NCBI GenBank assembly: GCA_963675185.2
Contig: CAXXOH010000003.1
Coordinates: 74,517-138,516 of the forward strand
Direction: 5' to 3'
Length of the DNA: 64,000 nucleotides
From: an uncultured Ilyobacter sp.
GTDB taxonomy: Bacteria > Fusobacteriota > Fusobacteriia > Fusobacteriales > Fusobacteriaceae
The position numbers and the translations under genes were made by a program. The stretch's first letter is position 1. Each line of letters opens with the position of its first letter. Shown one piece after another: positions 18,315 to 28,244 of the stretch. The notes beneath the pieces are model-generated. The model saw only the letters and a list, made by a program, of their open reading frames with translations. It did not search any database and was not told the origin of the DNA.

Positions 18315-19802
18315 ATGGATTTACTTTACAAAAGTACGCGTAGTAAAAGCGTGAAGATAGAGGCCTCTAAGGCTATAGTTAAAGGTTTGGCTGACGATGG
18401 CGGGCTTTATGTTCCTACAAGTTTTCCAAAGCTGGACAAGGATTTCAAAGAGATCTCAGCAATGGGATATAAACAGGTAGCATACTACGTAATGAACAAA
18501 TTTTTAAAAGATTTCACAGAAGAAGAGTTGAAAAATTGTATAGAGAAAGCTTATGATGAAAAGTTCGATACTGAACTTATTGCGCCTATAGTGAAAAAAG
18601 AGGACGTGTACTTTCTGGAGCTTTTCCACGGTGCTACCCTTGCATTCAAGGACATGGCTCTTTCAATACTGCCTCACCTTCTGAAAACTTCAATTAAAAA
18701 ACAAAATATAGATAAAGAGGTAGTAATCCTCACAGCGACTTCCGGAGATACTGGAAAAGCGGCTCTTGAAGGTTTCGACAGTGTCGATGGTACCAGCATA
18801 ATCGTCTTCTTCCCTGAAAACGGGGTAAGCGAGGTTCAAAAAAGACAGATGGTTACCCAAGCAGGAGAAAATACCCACGTCGTTGGGATACACGGTAACT
18901 TCGATGATGCTCAAACAGCTATAAAAGATGTACTAAACGACACTGAATTCAAAAAACTGCTGGACGAAAACAACTACATGTTTTCATCAGCTAACTCTAT
19001 AAATATAGGTAGATTGATCCCTCAAGTTGTATACTACGTAAACACCTATGCTAAATTATTGAAAGACGGAGAGATCCAGGACGGAGAAAAGATAAACGTG
19101 GTAGTCCCTACTGGTAACTTCGGTAATATCCTGGCTGCATACTACGCTAAAAAAATGGGTACGCCTATCGGCAAACTTATCTGCGCGTCAAACCAAAACA
19201 ATGTGCTGACTGATTTTATAAACACCGGAGTATACGACAGAAGAAGAGAGTTCCTTACAACTATATCTCCTTCTATGGACATACTTGTGTCAAGCAACCT
19301 TGAAAGACTTCTTTTTGAACTAAGCGGATCTAAAGAGGAGGCTGTAAAAGAGATGATGGACAGCCTAAAAGAAAAAGGGGTATACGAGATAAGCGCTGAC
19401 ATGAAAAAGAGCTTAGAAGATTTCTACGGCGGATATGCCGATGACGAGGATACCTTAAAAGCTATAGAGTCTTTCTATGAAAAGACAAAATATGTAATGG
19501 ACACACACACGGCTGTGGCTTACTCTGTATATGAAAAATACAAAGCTGAAACTGGGGATACGACTAAATCGATCATTGCATCTACTGCAAGCCCATTTAA
19601 GTTCCCAAAAAGCGTAAACGATGCTTTAAATTTCGGGGACAATAACATGAACGACTTCGAACTTATTGAAAAGTTAGCACAGTTTGCGGGAATAGAAGTA
19701 CCTAGTGGTGCAAAAGACCTAGATAAAAAAGAGATCAAACACACAAAAGTATGCCAAAAAGATGAAATCAAAAAGACTATCTCTGAGATATTAGGTGTAT
19801 AG
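18315..19802 (+). CDS. thrC: threonine synthase
   Basis: 495 aa; PLP-lysine motif [20 protein letters not shown]. Confidence 0.9.
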   Translation: MDLLYKSTRSKSVKIEASKAIVKGLADDGGLYVPTSFPKLDKDFKEISAMGYKQVAYYVMNKFLKDFTEEELKNCIEKAYDEKFDTELIAPIVKKEDVYFLELFHGATLAFKDMALSILPHLLKTSIKKQNIDKEVVILTATSGDTGKAALEGFDSVDGTSIIVFFPENGVSEVQKRQMVTQAGENTHVVGIHGNFDDAQTAIKDVLNDTEFKKLLDENNYMFSSANSINIGRLIPQVVYYVNTYAKLLKDGEIQDGEKINVVVPTGNFGNILAAYYAKKMGTPIGKLICASNQNNVLTDFINTGVYDRRREFLTTISPSMDILVSSNLERLLFELSGSKEEAVKEMMDSLKEKGVYEISADMKKSLEDFYGGYADDEDTLKAIESFYEKTKYVMDTHTAVAYSVYEKYKAETGDTTKSIIASTASPFKFPKSVNDALNFGDNNMNDFELIEKLAQFAGIEVPSGAKDLDKKEIKHTKVCQKDEIKKTISEILGV

Positions 19803-19804
19803 AT

Positions 19805-20698
19805 ATGGAAATAGACATGATAAAAGTTATGGTACCAGCTACAAGTGCCAACATTGGCCCGGGGTTTGACTGCCTAGGAATTGCGCTTAACATGTACAAC
19901 ACTTTTTACTTTGCAGAAATAGACAGCGGACTTGTTATAGAGGGTGGCGACGAAAGCTACCAAAACGAGAACAACCTGATCTATGTGGCAATGAAAAAAT
20001 GCTTCGACAAGATAGGATACACCCCAAAAGGAATAAAAATAATCACTCACACTGACGTGCCTATGTCGCGTGGGCTCGGAAGCAGTGCTACCTGTATCGT
20101 TGCAGGTCTTGTTGGTGCAAACGAGATCGCAGGAGGAAAACTTTCCAAAGACGAGATCCTGCTTTTGGCTACAGAGATGGAAGGGCATCCCGACAACGTG
20201 GCTCCAGCTATATTTGGAGGTATGGTGGCTGCCATATATGAGGAAGATCAAGTGTACTACTCCAATATAAATGTAGCTGACGGACTTAAGTTCTGCGCAC
20301 TTATACCGAACTTCAAGCTGTCTACAGAAAAAGCAAGATCTGTACTGCCAAAAGAGGTGTCTTACAAGGATGCGGTCTACAATGTAGGCAGGGTATCGCT
20401 TATGGTTACGGCGCTTTCTACAGGTAAATTCGACCTGCTGAAGGTAGCTTGCCAAGACAAGCTGCACCAAGATTACAGGGGCGGACTTATAAACAACTAC
20501 TTTGATATAATCAAAAAATGCGAAGAGTACGGCAGCCTGGGAGCTTTCCTGAGCGGTGCAGGACCTACTATAATGCTCATGCTAGAGGAGAACAACTCTG
20601 AGTTCATAAGTAATATAAAAAATTACCTTGATTCTTTAGAAGATGAATGGGAAGTAATAGAACTTGAGATGGACTTTGCAGGAGTAAACGTAAAATAA
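19805..20698 (+). CDS. thrB: homoserine kinase
   Basis: [15 protein letters not shown] and [12 protein letters not shown] (GHMP kinase motifs). Confidence 0.9.
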   Translation: MEIDMIKVMVPATSANIGPGFDCLGIALNMYNTFYFAEIDSGLVIEGGDESYQNENNLIYVAMKKCFDKIGYTPKGIKIITHTDVPMSRGLGSSATCIVAGLVGANEIAGGKLSKDEILLLATEMEGHPDNVAPAIFGGMVAAIYEEDQVYYSNINVADGLKFCALIPNFKLSTEKARSVLPKEVSYKDAVYNVGRVSLMVTALSTGKFDLLKVACQDKLHQDYRGGLINNYFDIIKKCEEYGSLGAFLSGAGPTIMLMLEENNSEFISNIKNYLDSLEDEWEVIELEMDFAGVNVK

Positions 20699-20744
20699 CG
20701 CTACTATTTAATTTATTGTTTTTAATTTTATTATAGATAACGAG

Positions 20745-22073
20745 GTGTATGGTTTTAAAATGAGGAAAGTTGTAACAAAATTCGGAGGAACTTCATTAGC
20801 AAACAGTGACCAGTTTCTCAAAGTAAAATCTATCATAACAGCAGATGAAAATAGAAAATTCGTAGTCCCTTCAGCTCCAGGAAAAAGAGATCCTAAGGAC
20901 TTTAAAATAACAGATATTCTTTACCTTTGCAGCGAACATGTAAAGCAAGGAATAGCATTTGATGAAGTTTTCAAGCTTGTCGAAAACAGATATATTGACT
21001 TAAAAAATGACTTAGGGATAAACGTGGATATAGAATCACATCTTCAGCAGGTAAAAGAGGAACTATTAGAGAAAAAATCATCTGATTTTGCCGCAAGTCG
21101 TGGGGAGTACCTAAACGGAATCCTGCTTGCAGATTTCCTAGGATACAAGTTTATTGATTCGGCTGAAGTTATAAAGTTCAACAACTACGGAAGAATCGAC
21201 CTGATTGAGACAGAAAAAAAATTCAAAGAAAAGATAAATGAAAATGAAAGATATGTAATCCCAGGATTCTACGGTTCTATGCCAAACGGAGACATCAAGA
21301 CTTTCTCACGTGGCGGGTCGGATATGACAGGTTCTATCATAGCAAGATGCGTCATGGCAGACCTTTATGAGAACTGGACTGATGTGTCAGGTTTCCTTAT
21401 GGCTGACCCTAGAATAGTGGAGAACCCAAAACCTATCGATAAGATAACTTACAAAGAGCTACGTGAACTTTCTTATATGGGGGCTACTGTACTTCACGAA
21501 GACTGCATCTTCCCTCTAAAAGATGTTGGCATCCCGATAAACATCAAAAATACAAACAAGCCGGAAGACGAGGGTACATTAATAATCTCTGACATGGAGC
21601 CTGTAGTGCATATGGGTAATATAACAGGGATAGCAGGCAAAAAAGATTTTACAGTAGTTACAATTCAAAAAACCCTTATGAACGCAGAGCACGGGTACTG
21701 CAGAAAACTTCTTTCTATCCTTGAAACAAACGGAATTTCATTTGAAAGTATGCCTGCAGGGATCGATTCAGTTTCCCTTGTAATAGCTGACTCAGAATTA
21801 GGAGATAAACTGGACACAATAATAAGAGAGATAGAAAACCTTTGCTCACCTGACTCAATCGAAGTGCTCCCTAACATGGCACTTGTTGCAACAGTAGGAA
21901 ACGGCATGAGCAAATCTGTAGGAGTTTCTTCTAAAGTATTCACTGGCCTGGCAACAGAAAAGATCAACATAAGAATGATAAACCAAGGTTCTAGCGAAAT
22001 GAACATAATAGTCGGTGTGGAAAACGAAGATTTTGAAAATGCAATAAAAGCTATATACAAAGCTTTCCAATAA
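20745..22073 (+). CDS. lysC: aspartate kinase
   Basis: KFGGTSL N-terminal motif, C-terminal ACT-like region. The start could instead be the Met at 20760. Confidence 0.85.
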   Translation: MYGFKMRKVVTKFGGTSLANSDQFLKVKSIITADENRKFVVPSAPGKRDPKDFKITDILYLCSEHVKQGIAFDEVFKLVENRYIDLKNDLGINVDIESHLQQVKEELLEKKSSDFAASRGEYLNGILLADFLGYKFIDSAEVIKFNNYGRIDLIETEKKFKEKINENERYVIPGFYGSMPNGDIKTFSRGGSDMTGSIIARCVMADLYENWTDVSGFLMADPRIVENPKPIDKITYKELRELSYMGATVLHEDCIFPLKDVGIPINIKNTNKPEDEGTLIISDMEPVVHMGNITGIAGKKDFTVVTIQKTLMNAEHGYCRKLLSILETNGISFESMPAGIDSVSLVIADSELGDKLDTIIREIENLCSPDSIEVLPNMALVATVGNGMSKSVGVSSKVFTGLATEKINIRMINQGSSEMNIIVGVENEDFENAIKAIYKAFQ

Positions 22074-22080
22074 TTAATAA

Positions 22081-22112
22081 CAAGAGACCCTCTAAATTTA
22101 GAGGGTCTCTTG
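22081..22112. terminator. bidirectional terminator
   Basis: Perfect palindrome CAAGAGACCCTCTAAA/TTTAGAGGGTCTCTTG between convergent lysC and sbcC. Confidence 0.85.
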
Positions 22113-22117
22113 TTTGC

Positions 22118-24994
22118 TTAGTTTTTATCGATCTCAATTACATTTTGAGCCATTTCCCTAAAGGTATCGTCGTGCGTCACTATGATATTCTGCCTGCAAC
22201 CTTTCAAAATCTTATCCATGGAGTCTGCAAGCGCAAGCTTTCTCTCCATATCCAGGTTGTTTGTAGGTTCATCGAAAATTGAAAAGTTTGCGTCACTCAT
22301 AAGAGTTGCCATGGCCGCCCTTATGGAAAGAGCAACAGCCACCTGTTCTCCGCCTGAGAGAATGGTGAACTTCCTCTCCATGCCTTTCCCATCTGTGAGG
22401 TACACTGCAAAACTCTCCTTCTCGTTGTTTATCCAATCTATCTGCTCAGGCCTACCTGTGATATCTCTAAAGTTTTCCGTAGCCTTGAGTGCTATATTTT
22501 TTATCCAGCTGTCTGCAACCATTTTCCCCATGGTGTTTATGTTCCCACGGAATTTATCCGTCAAAGCTATTTTTTTGTTGAGCTTGGATATCTGCTGGGA
22601 TATCTCTTTGAGCCTCTTGGAGTCCTCTTTGTGCTTGGACTTCTTTTTCTTCAGCTCTTCTAATGCCGACTCGCTCTCACCGATCTTCTTGTGTATCCCC
22701 TTTTCGGTTTCCCTTAGCTCCGCTATGCTCCCTGCTATCTCTTCATACAGGTCCTTGTCGAAAATCGAGGTTTTCTCCTGGTGGGATTTTTTATGCTGTC
22801 CCAGCTCTTCGGCCACCTTTTCTATACCGGACTCCAGGCTTTTCTGTTTTTCCTGGTAAGCCCCGAGTTTCTCCGATGCACTGAGGTTCTGCATGTAGAT
22901 GTTGTGTCCCTCTTCATAGGATGCCATACTCTCCTTTACGCCTGCTATCTCGGCCTTCAGCTCGTCCATACCAACCAGTTTTCCTGAAAGCTCCTCTTGC
23001 CTGCTCTCAAGCCCGCCTTTTTCGTCTTTTAGGTTTTCCAGAGTGGCAAGCTTCACAGAAAGTTCCTCTCGCTTGGCTTCTACACCATTTTGTATGCTTA
23101 CTATCTTGTCCCTTGTCCCCGCTAGCTCCGACTCCAGTTCGCCTATCTTGAAGGCCCCCTCCTGCTGAACGAGTACACCTTCTTCTATTTCCAGCTTCTT
23201 GAAAGTCTCGTCAAAGTTATCCCCTTTTACAGGCGCGCCCTCTGATATCTTTTCCATAAGCTTTTCAAGTGAGGCAATCACTTCGTCTTGGAGCTTCAGA
23301 TTTTCAAGTTTTACTGCAAGATCGCTACTTTTATCCTTTTGGTCTTTTTTTCTATCTTCGAGCCTGGCTTTTTCCGATACGATCCCCTGTTTATCCCCGT
23401 CTAAGTCACCGTATCCAGTCAATTTTATGCTGAGCTCGTCTATCTTCTCTTTTAGCTCTGCTTCCCTCTGGCTGAAAAATGTGGCTGGATCAAGGTTTGA
23501 GCTCGCCAGGTTCTGGCACCTGTCGTTGAAGTAAGGGCAGATGGAGTCGCTCAGCTTCTCCTTTGCCATTGTGTTGTTTTCCAGCATGGCTTCGAGCTTT
23601 GACCTCTCCTCCATGAAGGCTGCCTTTTCAGCAAGCTTACCGTCAAGTCTGGAGATGCTGCTGTCTATTACCCTCTCTTCTTCCTCTATGGAATCCAGGT
23701 CGTATTTGGCTAGCTCACCCTCCAGGTTTTTTATTGTTTTGGCTAGGTCTCTCCTGGCCTCCTGCTTTTCCCACAGCTTGTCCAGCTCGGTTTTGTACTC
23801 TATCTTAAAGACTCTTAACTTTTCCAGTTTTTCTGATACTGCCTTTTTCTCAAGCTTTATTTTTTCAAGTTTTTCTTCCAGCCCTGCCAGAGTATCTTTG
23901 TTCTCCGAAAGTTTAGCCGTGTCGGCTTCTATGCCGCTTTCGGCTATCTTTATCTCAGCCCCGATATCCCCTATGGCCTTTTGCTTCCCCATTATCCCTT
24001 TTTCCAGCTCTAGCTTCGCTTCTTTTACGGTCTCGAACTCACGCATCCTGGCTTCCAGGGGTGTCAGCTTTTCTTTGCATTCCCTGTAGTTATCGTGGTT
24101 TTCCCTGTTTTCACTGCACAGCCTAGAGGCTTCCTCGGCGGTTTCTACGCTCTTTATGGCACCGTCTAGCTCTTCCTTCTTGGAACTTAAAAGTTTTTCA
24201 GAGCTCTCTATCTTTCCCGCCAGTAGGTCTATCTCCTTTTCGAGCTTTCTGCCGTCTTCCAGCCTGCTTTCCTGGGACTCCATCGCCTTTTTTATTTCAG
24301 CCAGCTTCCCGTTGTGCTCGGCTATTACCGCCTCGAATGCGGCTATGCCGGTCTTTATTTCCTCTATGTCCCCCATGTTTTCCTTTACGAGCTCTTTCTC
24401 ACCAGATAGCCTGTCCACGCCGTTCTTGTACCTCTCCATGGATTTCTGCGAGAATTTTGAGTAGATCTCCCTGTATATCTCGGTGTCGAATATCTTGTTG
24501 AACACATCTTCTATCTCCGGCCTCTGCCCCTTCCTGGCGGCGACGGTGTTTTTGGTGAATATCCCCACTATCTGGTTCTGCCCGGCGGTGACCACGTTGT
24601 CGTATATGTTCTCCGACTCTATCCCGCAGAGCACTCCCACCTTCTCGCCTATCTCCTTTATCCCGCTGGTGGAGTTTACAGGGTTGTCCTTTTCGTATAG
24701 CTCCGCCGAGCTGGTGGAGCCTATACCCCTTTTGAGCACGTAGACTATGCCGTCGTTCCCCTCGAACTCTATCTCGATGCTCCCGCGCTTTTTCCCCAGT
24801 GTCACAGCGTCCTGCAGCTTACCGGTCCTGGTGTTTGCCCCGAACATGGCGAGCCCTATGGCTTCCAGTATGGAGGATTTCCCTGATCCGTTTTTACCTA
24901 TGAGGAGGTTTATCCCGTCGGTGAACTCAACCCTTTCGTCCTCGTGCTTCCTGTAGTTTTTCAGGTGTACGCTATTTATCTTCAAGGTCTGCAC
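22118..24994 (-). CDS. sbcC: SbcC/Rad50-family ATPase
   Basis: Walker A GKNGSGKSS, ~700-aa coiled coil, signature LSGGEQVAVALSIR, Walker B FSIFDEPTNNLD. Confidence 0.9.
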   Translation of the reverse strand: MQTLKINSVHLKNYRKHEDERVEFTDGINLLIGKNGSGKSSILEAIGLAMFGANTRTGKLQDAVTLGKKRGSIEIEFEGNDGIVYVLKRGIGSTSSAELYEKDNPVNSTSGIKEIGEKVGVLCGIESENIYDNVVTAGQNQIVGIFTKNTVAARKGQRPEIEDVFNKIFDTEIYREIYSKFSQKSMERYKNGVDRLSGEKELVKENMGDIEEIKTGIAAFEAVIAEHNGKLAEIKKAMESQESRLEDGRKLEKEIDLLAGKIESSEKLLSSKKEELDGAIKSVETAEEASRLCSENRENHDNYRECKEKLTPLEARMREFETVKEAKLELEKGIMGKQKAIGDIGAEIKIAESGIEADTAKLSENKDTLAGLEEKLEKIKLEKKAVSEKLEKLRVFKIEYKTELDKLWEKQEARRDLAKTIKNLEGELAKYDLDSIEEEERVIDSSISRLDGKLAEKAAFMEERSKLEAMLENNTMAKEKLSDSICPYFNDRCQNLASSNLDPATFFSQREAELKEKIDELSIKLTGYGDLDGDKQGIVSEKARLEDRKKDQKDKSSDLAVKLENLKLQDEVIASLEKLMEKISEGAPVKGDNFDETFKKLEIEEGVLVQQEGAFKIGELESELAGTRDKIVSIQNGVEAKREELSVKLATLENLKDEKGGLESRQEELSGKLVGMDELKAEIAGVKESMASYEEGHNIYMQNLSASEKLGAYQEKQKSLESGIEKVAEELGQHKKSHQEKTSIFDKDLYEEIAGSIAELRETEKGIHKKIGESESALEELKKKKSKHKEDSKRLKEISQQISKLNKKIALTDKFRGNINTMGKMVADSWIKNIALKATENFRDITGRPEQIDWINNEKESFAVYLTDGKGMERKFTILSGGEQVAVALSIRAAMATLMSDANFSIFDEPTNNLDMERKLALADSMDKILKGCRQNIIVTHDDTFREMAQNVIEIDKN

Positions 24995-26189
24995 CCCCTT
25001 CCAGAATCTCTTCCAGCATGTTGTCGAACTCGTTGAAGAAGAGCTCCTCTTCCCCTTCCGTCTGGTACCTTTTCAGGTGCTGCAGAAGCATCGTTACCTT
25101 TTCCGTGTGGGATGAAAAGTTCTCCCAGCCGCTTATTATCCCCTTCTCTATCTCCTCCAAAGGGAGCTTGTCAAGGGAATCTATGCTGCCGTACATGGAT
25201 GAGGTGTACCTCGGCTTTACGAATACCTTGAAGAAGCCGAGCTCCTCTAGCTCCTCCTCCACCTTCTGGTAGTCAACTATGATGGAGTCCCCCATTACGA
25301 GCTCCACCATTAGTATCGCCGACTCGTCTGGAGTAAGACCCTCCTTGTAATTGGAGATCACAGACTCTACTTCCTCCTTCTCGCACTTTGAGAGGTCCAC
25401 GCTTGTGTTTATAACAAGCCTTTTTTTGTTCTCTATGAAGCTGTGCTCACAGGTCTCCGTGTCGAACAGTATGAACCCCTTCTGCGAGCCCTTTTTCCTT
25501 TCGTTCAGTATGTTCCAGTACTCGGAAGACCCGGGCAGGAAAAAGTACGGGTTCTCGATTGGGTAGGAGTAGTAGTTGTGCAGGTGACCCCCGGCCATGT
25601 AGAGGACTTTCCCTGCGAAACCGTCTATCACCTCTTTGCCCACAGTCCCGGACACGAACTCCTCGCCTCCGGCTATTGCCGTGTGTGCCAGCACCACGTT
25701 GTTTCCGCCGTTTTTGCCATCCAAAAACTCGGACAGCGACAGTAGCACCTTTTCCGTGAAGGCGCCGTTGAACCCAACTCCGTAGAAGTCCACCCCGTCT
25801 ATGCTGTGAGGCTGGAATATGTACGCCCCGTCCTCGTAGTTCGTCAGGTAGGATAGCTTCTTCAGATAGCCGCCACCCTCAAGGTAGCCTATCCATGAGT
25901 TCTCCTCGGCATGAGACTTGTCATGGTTCCCCTCGCATATGAGGACGCTCACGTCATTGGCTTTGAGTTTTTTCAGTATCCCCTCGGTCTTGTGCAGGGT
26001 GAGCGGGTTTATCTCCTTCTTGTCGAAGAAGTCCCCGGCTACCAAAAACACCTCCACAGAGTTTTCCACAGCGTAGTCCACTATGTTTTCAAAGGCGGTG
26101 AAGTAGTCTTCGTACCTCTGGTTTGAGAAGTCGGCAGTACCCGCCGGCCTCTTCCCCAAGTGTATATCTGAACAATGCAATATCTTCAT
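24972..26189 (-). CDS. sbcD: SbcD/Mre11-family nuclease
   Basis: Start moved to MKILHCSDIHLG (GGAGG RBS). Metallophosphoesterase motifs DIHLG, GDFFD, GNHD. Confidence 0.9.
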   Translation of the reverse strand: MKILHCSDIHLGKRPAGTADFSNQRYEDYFTAFENIVDYAVENSVEVFLVAGDFFDKKEINPLTLHKTEGILKKLKANDVSVLICEGNHDKSHAEENSWIGYLEGGGYLKKLSYLTNYEDGAYIFQPHSIDGVDFYGVGFNGAFTEKVLLSLSEFLDGKNGGNNVVLAHTAIAGGEEFVSGTVGKEVIDGFAGKVLYMAGGHLHNYYSYPIENPYFFLPGSSEYWNILNERKKGSQKGFILFDTETCEHSFIENKKRLVINTSVDLSKCEKEEVESVISNYKEGLTPDESAILMVELVMGDSIIVDYQKVEEELEELGFFKVFVKPRYTSSMYGSIDSLDKLPLEEIEKGIISGWENFSSHTEKVTMLLQHLKRYQTEGEEELFFNEFDNMLEEILEGGADLEDK

Positions 26190-26267
26190 TGTATTCCTCC
26201 AAAATAACATTATACCTAGATTATATGATATTTCTGGTTAAATTTGAAGGGAAGATATTTGTATAAA

Positions 26268-26501
26268 CCTTTTTTGCCAACGGAGTCACACAGAAATTTT
26301 GAACATGGGCCGTACAGAGAAAACACTTTAAAATAATTTTTGTCGCGAATCTTCACTAATCACACGAATTAATTAAAAGTTTTAAGTAAACTTTTAAATA
26401 CCTACCCTCTGTGAAACTCTTTATTTCCTCAGCGCAGCTCTGTGTTCAAAATGTTTTCTGTATTATTTTTTCCATTTGAGTCAATTCGTGTGATACGTGA
26501 C
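26268..26501 (+). repeat. structured intergenic repeat, copy 3
   Basis: GTCACACAGAA...CGTACAGAGAAAAC...GTCGCGAATCTTCACTAATCACACGAAT...CTCTGTGAAAC...CAGCTCTGTGTTCAAAATG...AATTCGTGTGATACGTGAC. Confidence 0.8.
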
Positions 26502-26611
26502 AAAAAGAGGGTTTTTTATGTTTAATTTTAGATTTTAATTTTTTATCGATATATGATAGAATAAGAGATGTTATGATTGAATCCGATAAAGAAAAAACAG
26601 GAGGGATAAAG

Positions 26612-26911
26612 TTGATCAAGCACATAGTTTTCTTCAACTTCAAAGACGAGGCACTTGGAAAAACAAAAAAGGAGAACATGGAAAAGGTGAAAAAAGACCT
26701 TGAGGCACTTGCCGACATCGAGCAGATAAAGGCGCTTGAAGTGGGGATAGACATCAACGGTTCTGAGAGGGCATACGACCTGTCTCTTTACACAGAGTTC
26801 GAGACAATGGCGGACCTTGATTTCTACCAAGACTACGGGCCGCACGTGGATATAAAGCATTTTGTAAGGGAGGTCTGCATAGGGACAGCTGTAGTGGACT
26901 ACGAGGTGTAG
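26612..26911 (+). CDS. Dabb (stress-responsive alpha-beta barrel) family protein
   Basis: LIKHIVFFNFKD... ...FYQDYGPHVDIKHFV. TTG start at 26612 follows GGAGGG; the ORF-track start at 26573 has no RBS. Confidence 0.7.
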   Translation: MIKHIVFFNFKDEALGKTKKENMEKVKKDLEALADIEQIKALEVGIDINGSERAYDLSLYTEFETMADLDFYQDYGPHVDIKHFVREVCIGTAVVDYEV

Positions 26912-26945
26912 AAGACGGCAAACGCCGTCTTCTTTTATTTTTTGA
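26911..26945 (+). terminator. intrinsic terminator
   Basis: GAAGACGGC aaac GCCGTCTTC followed by TTTTATTTTTT. Confidence 0.85.
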
Positions 26946-26962
26946 AAATTTTATTGCTCTGT

Positions 26963-26990
26963 TTGAAAAAGTATAAAATTGTTATATAAT
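26963..26990 (+). promoter_or_regulatory. sigma-70-like promoter upstream of the recombinase
   Basis: TTGAAA (26963-26968), 16 nt, TATAAT (26985-26990). Confidence 0.5.
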
Positions 26991-27061
26991 TTATTATGTA
27001 ATATTCAAAACAAAAGATTAAATTAATTTAATTTAAAAAAAGAAATACAAGGAATATCGAT

Positions 27062-28120
27062 ATGGATAAGAGGATCAGCGTAAAAAAGACAACTATAAAC
27101 AACAAAAAACGGCTCATTATAAAGTTCCAGTATGATGAGTCCATTATCAGTTTCATAAAATCCATTCCAGAGAGAAAATGGGATGCGAAACAAAAATACT
27201 GGCACATTCCCGACACCCCTGAAAACATGGAGATTTTAAAAAAATCCCTATCTATTCTTAACCTTTCAATAGAAGGAGATAAAGATAGATCAAATCCTTT
27301 CAAAGAGTATGAAGAATTTCTACATGCAAAGCGTTACAGTGATAAAACTATCACTTCATACATGAAACACGTCCGTACTTTCTTCCGATTTTTAAATAAT
27401 CCAAGACCAGAAGATGTAACCATAAAAGACATTTATAGATATATAAATGACAATATCGTCGAAAGGAAGCTATCGGAGTCATATCAAAACCAATCGATCA
27501 ACTCTATAAAAGGGTTTTATAAGATCGTATACAACAAAAACTTTAAAATTGAGGAGATACAAAGACCTAAAAAATCTAAAAAGCTCCCCATAGTTTTGTC
27601 AAAGGAAGAGGTCAAAAAACTATTTGACCATATAAAAAATTTAAAGCACAGGACTATACTCATGCTTATCTATTCTGGAGGACTTCGTATAAGTGAAGTC
27701 ATAAACCTCAAGCTGGTCGATATAGATAAAGACAGAAAGATAATCCGTATTGTTGGGGCAAAAGGTAAAAAAGACCGTATCGTCGGACTGTCGGAGAAGA
27801 TACTTCTCAATCTGCGCGAATACTACAAGGTTTACCGACCAACTGTATACCTCTTTGAAAGTACAGAGGAGGGTAAAAAATACTCCGCCAGAAGCATACA
27901 GAATGTATTTAACAGGGCTAAGTATGAGGCAGGCATAAATCAGAATGCCACAGTACATACACTGAGGCACAGTTATGCTACACATCTTCTGGAAGCAGGA
28001 GTTGACCTACGTATTATACAGGAATTACTGGGACACAAATCATCAAAAACCACAGAGATTTATACTCACGTCAGCACACGCACTATTCAAAGTGTAAAAA
28101 GTCCGTTTGATGATTTATAG
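27062..28120 (+). CDS. tyrosine recombinase/integrase (Xer-like core, extra N-terminal domain)
   Basis: Box I YSGGLRISE, GAKGKKDR, box II HTLRHSYATHLLEAGVDLRIIQELLGHKSSKTTEIYTHV (R-K-H-R-H-Y catalytic set), C-terminal SVKSPFDDL. An ~80-aa N-terminal domain (KRLIIKFQYDESIISFIKSIPERKWDAKQKYWHIP). Only ~93 aa between Arg I and Arg II. Confidence 0.9.
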   Translation: MDKRISVKKTTINNKKRLIIKFQYDESIISFIKSIPERKWDAKQKYWHIPDTPENMEILKKSLSILNLSIEGDKDRSNPFKEYEEFLHAKRYSDKTITSYMKHVRTFFRFLNNPRPEDVTIKDIYRYINDNIVERKLSESYQNQSINSIKGFYKIVYNKNFKIEEIQRPKKSKKLPIVLSKEEVKKLFDHIKNLKHRTILMLIYSGGLRISEVINLKLVDIDKDRKIIRIVGAKGKKDRIVGLSEKILLNLREYYKVYRPTVYLFESTEEGKKYSARSIQNVFNRAKYEAGINQNATVHTLRHSYATHLLEAGVDLRIIQELLGHKSSKTTEIYTHVSTRTIQSVKSPFDDL

Positions 28121-28129
28121 TGCGAAACA

Positions 28130-28200
28130 ACAATTGCGTCTATACTTCCAATTAGGGCGTATAGGCGTATATTTTATGCGTATATAGACGAGTTATAAAA
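28130..28200 (+). promoter_or_regulatory. attI-like site: clustered recombinase-binding-type repeats
   Basis: GCGTCTATAC (28136-28145), GCGTATAG (28157-28164), GCGTATAT (28165-28172), GCGTATATAGACG (28178-28190), then GTTATAA (28192-28198). CGTCTATA/TATAGACG form an inverted pair. Confidence 0.5.
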
Positions 28201-28244
28201 AATTGTAAACTGCGAACTACTATTAACAATAAATACATAGAATT

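Noticed and set aside
22182-26126. About 15 plus-strand ORFs inside sbcC/sbcD (for example 23541-24089 and 25443-25745)
   Set aside because: They have S/L/F/P-rich composition and no motifs. They are the antisense shadow of the coiled-coil-rich SbcC and of SbcD.
26446-26860. Minus-strand ORFs 26446-26757 and 26543-26860
   Set aside because: They overlap intergenic repeat copy 3 and run antisense to the Dabb-family gene. The composition is not protein-like.
27023-27303. Minus-strand ORFs at the 5' end of the recombinase gene
   Set aside because: They are antisense to a recombinase with a complete catalytic signature.
27062-28120. Classical IntI integron integrase
   Set aside because: There is no insertion between the catalytic Arg residues (about 93 aa versus about 134 in IntI1). 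There is an extra N-terminal domain, and the gene faces the array. It is called a Xer-like recombinase pending an HMM test.
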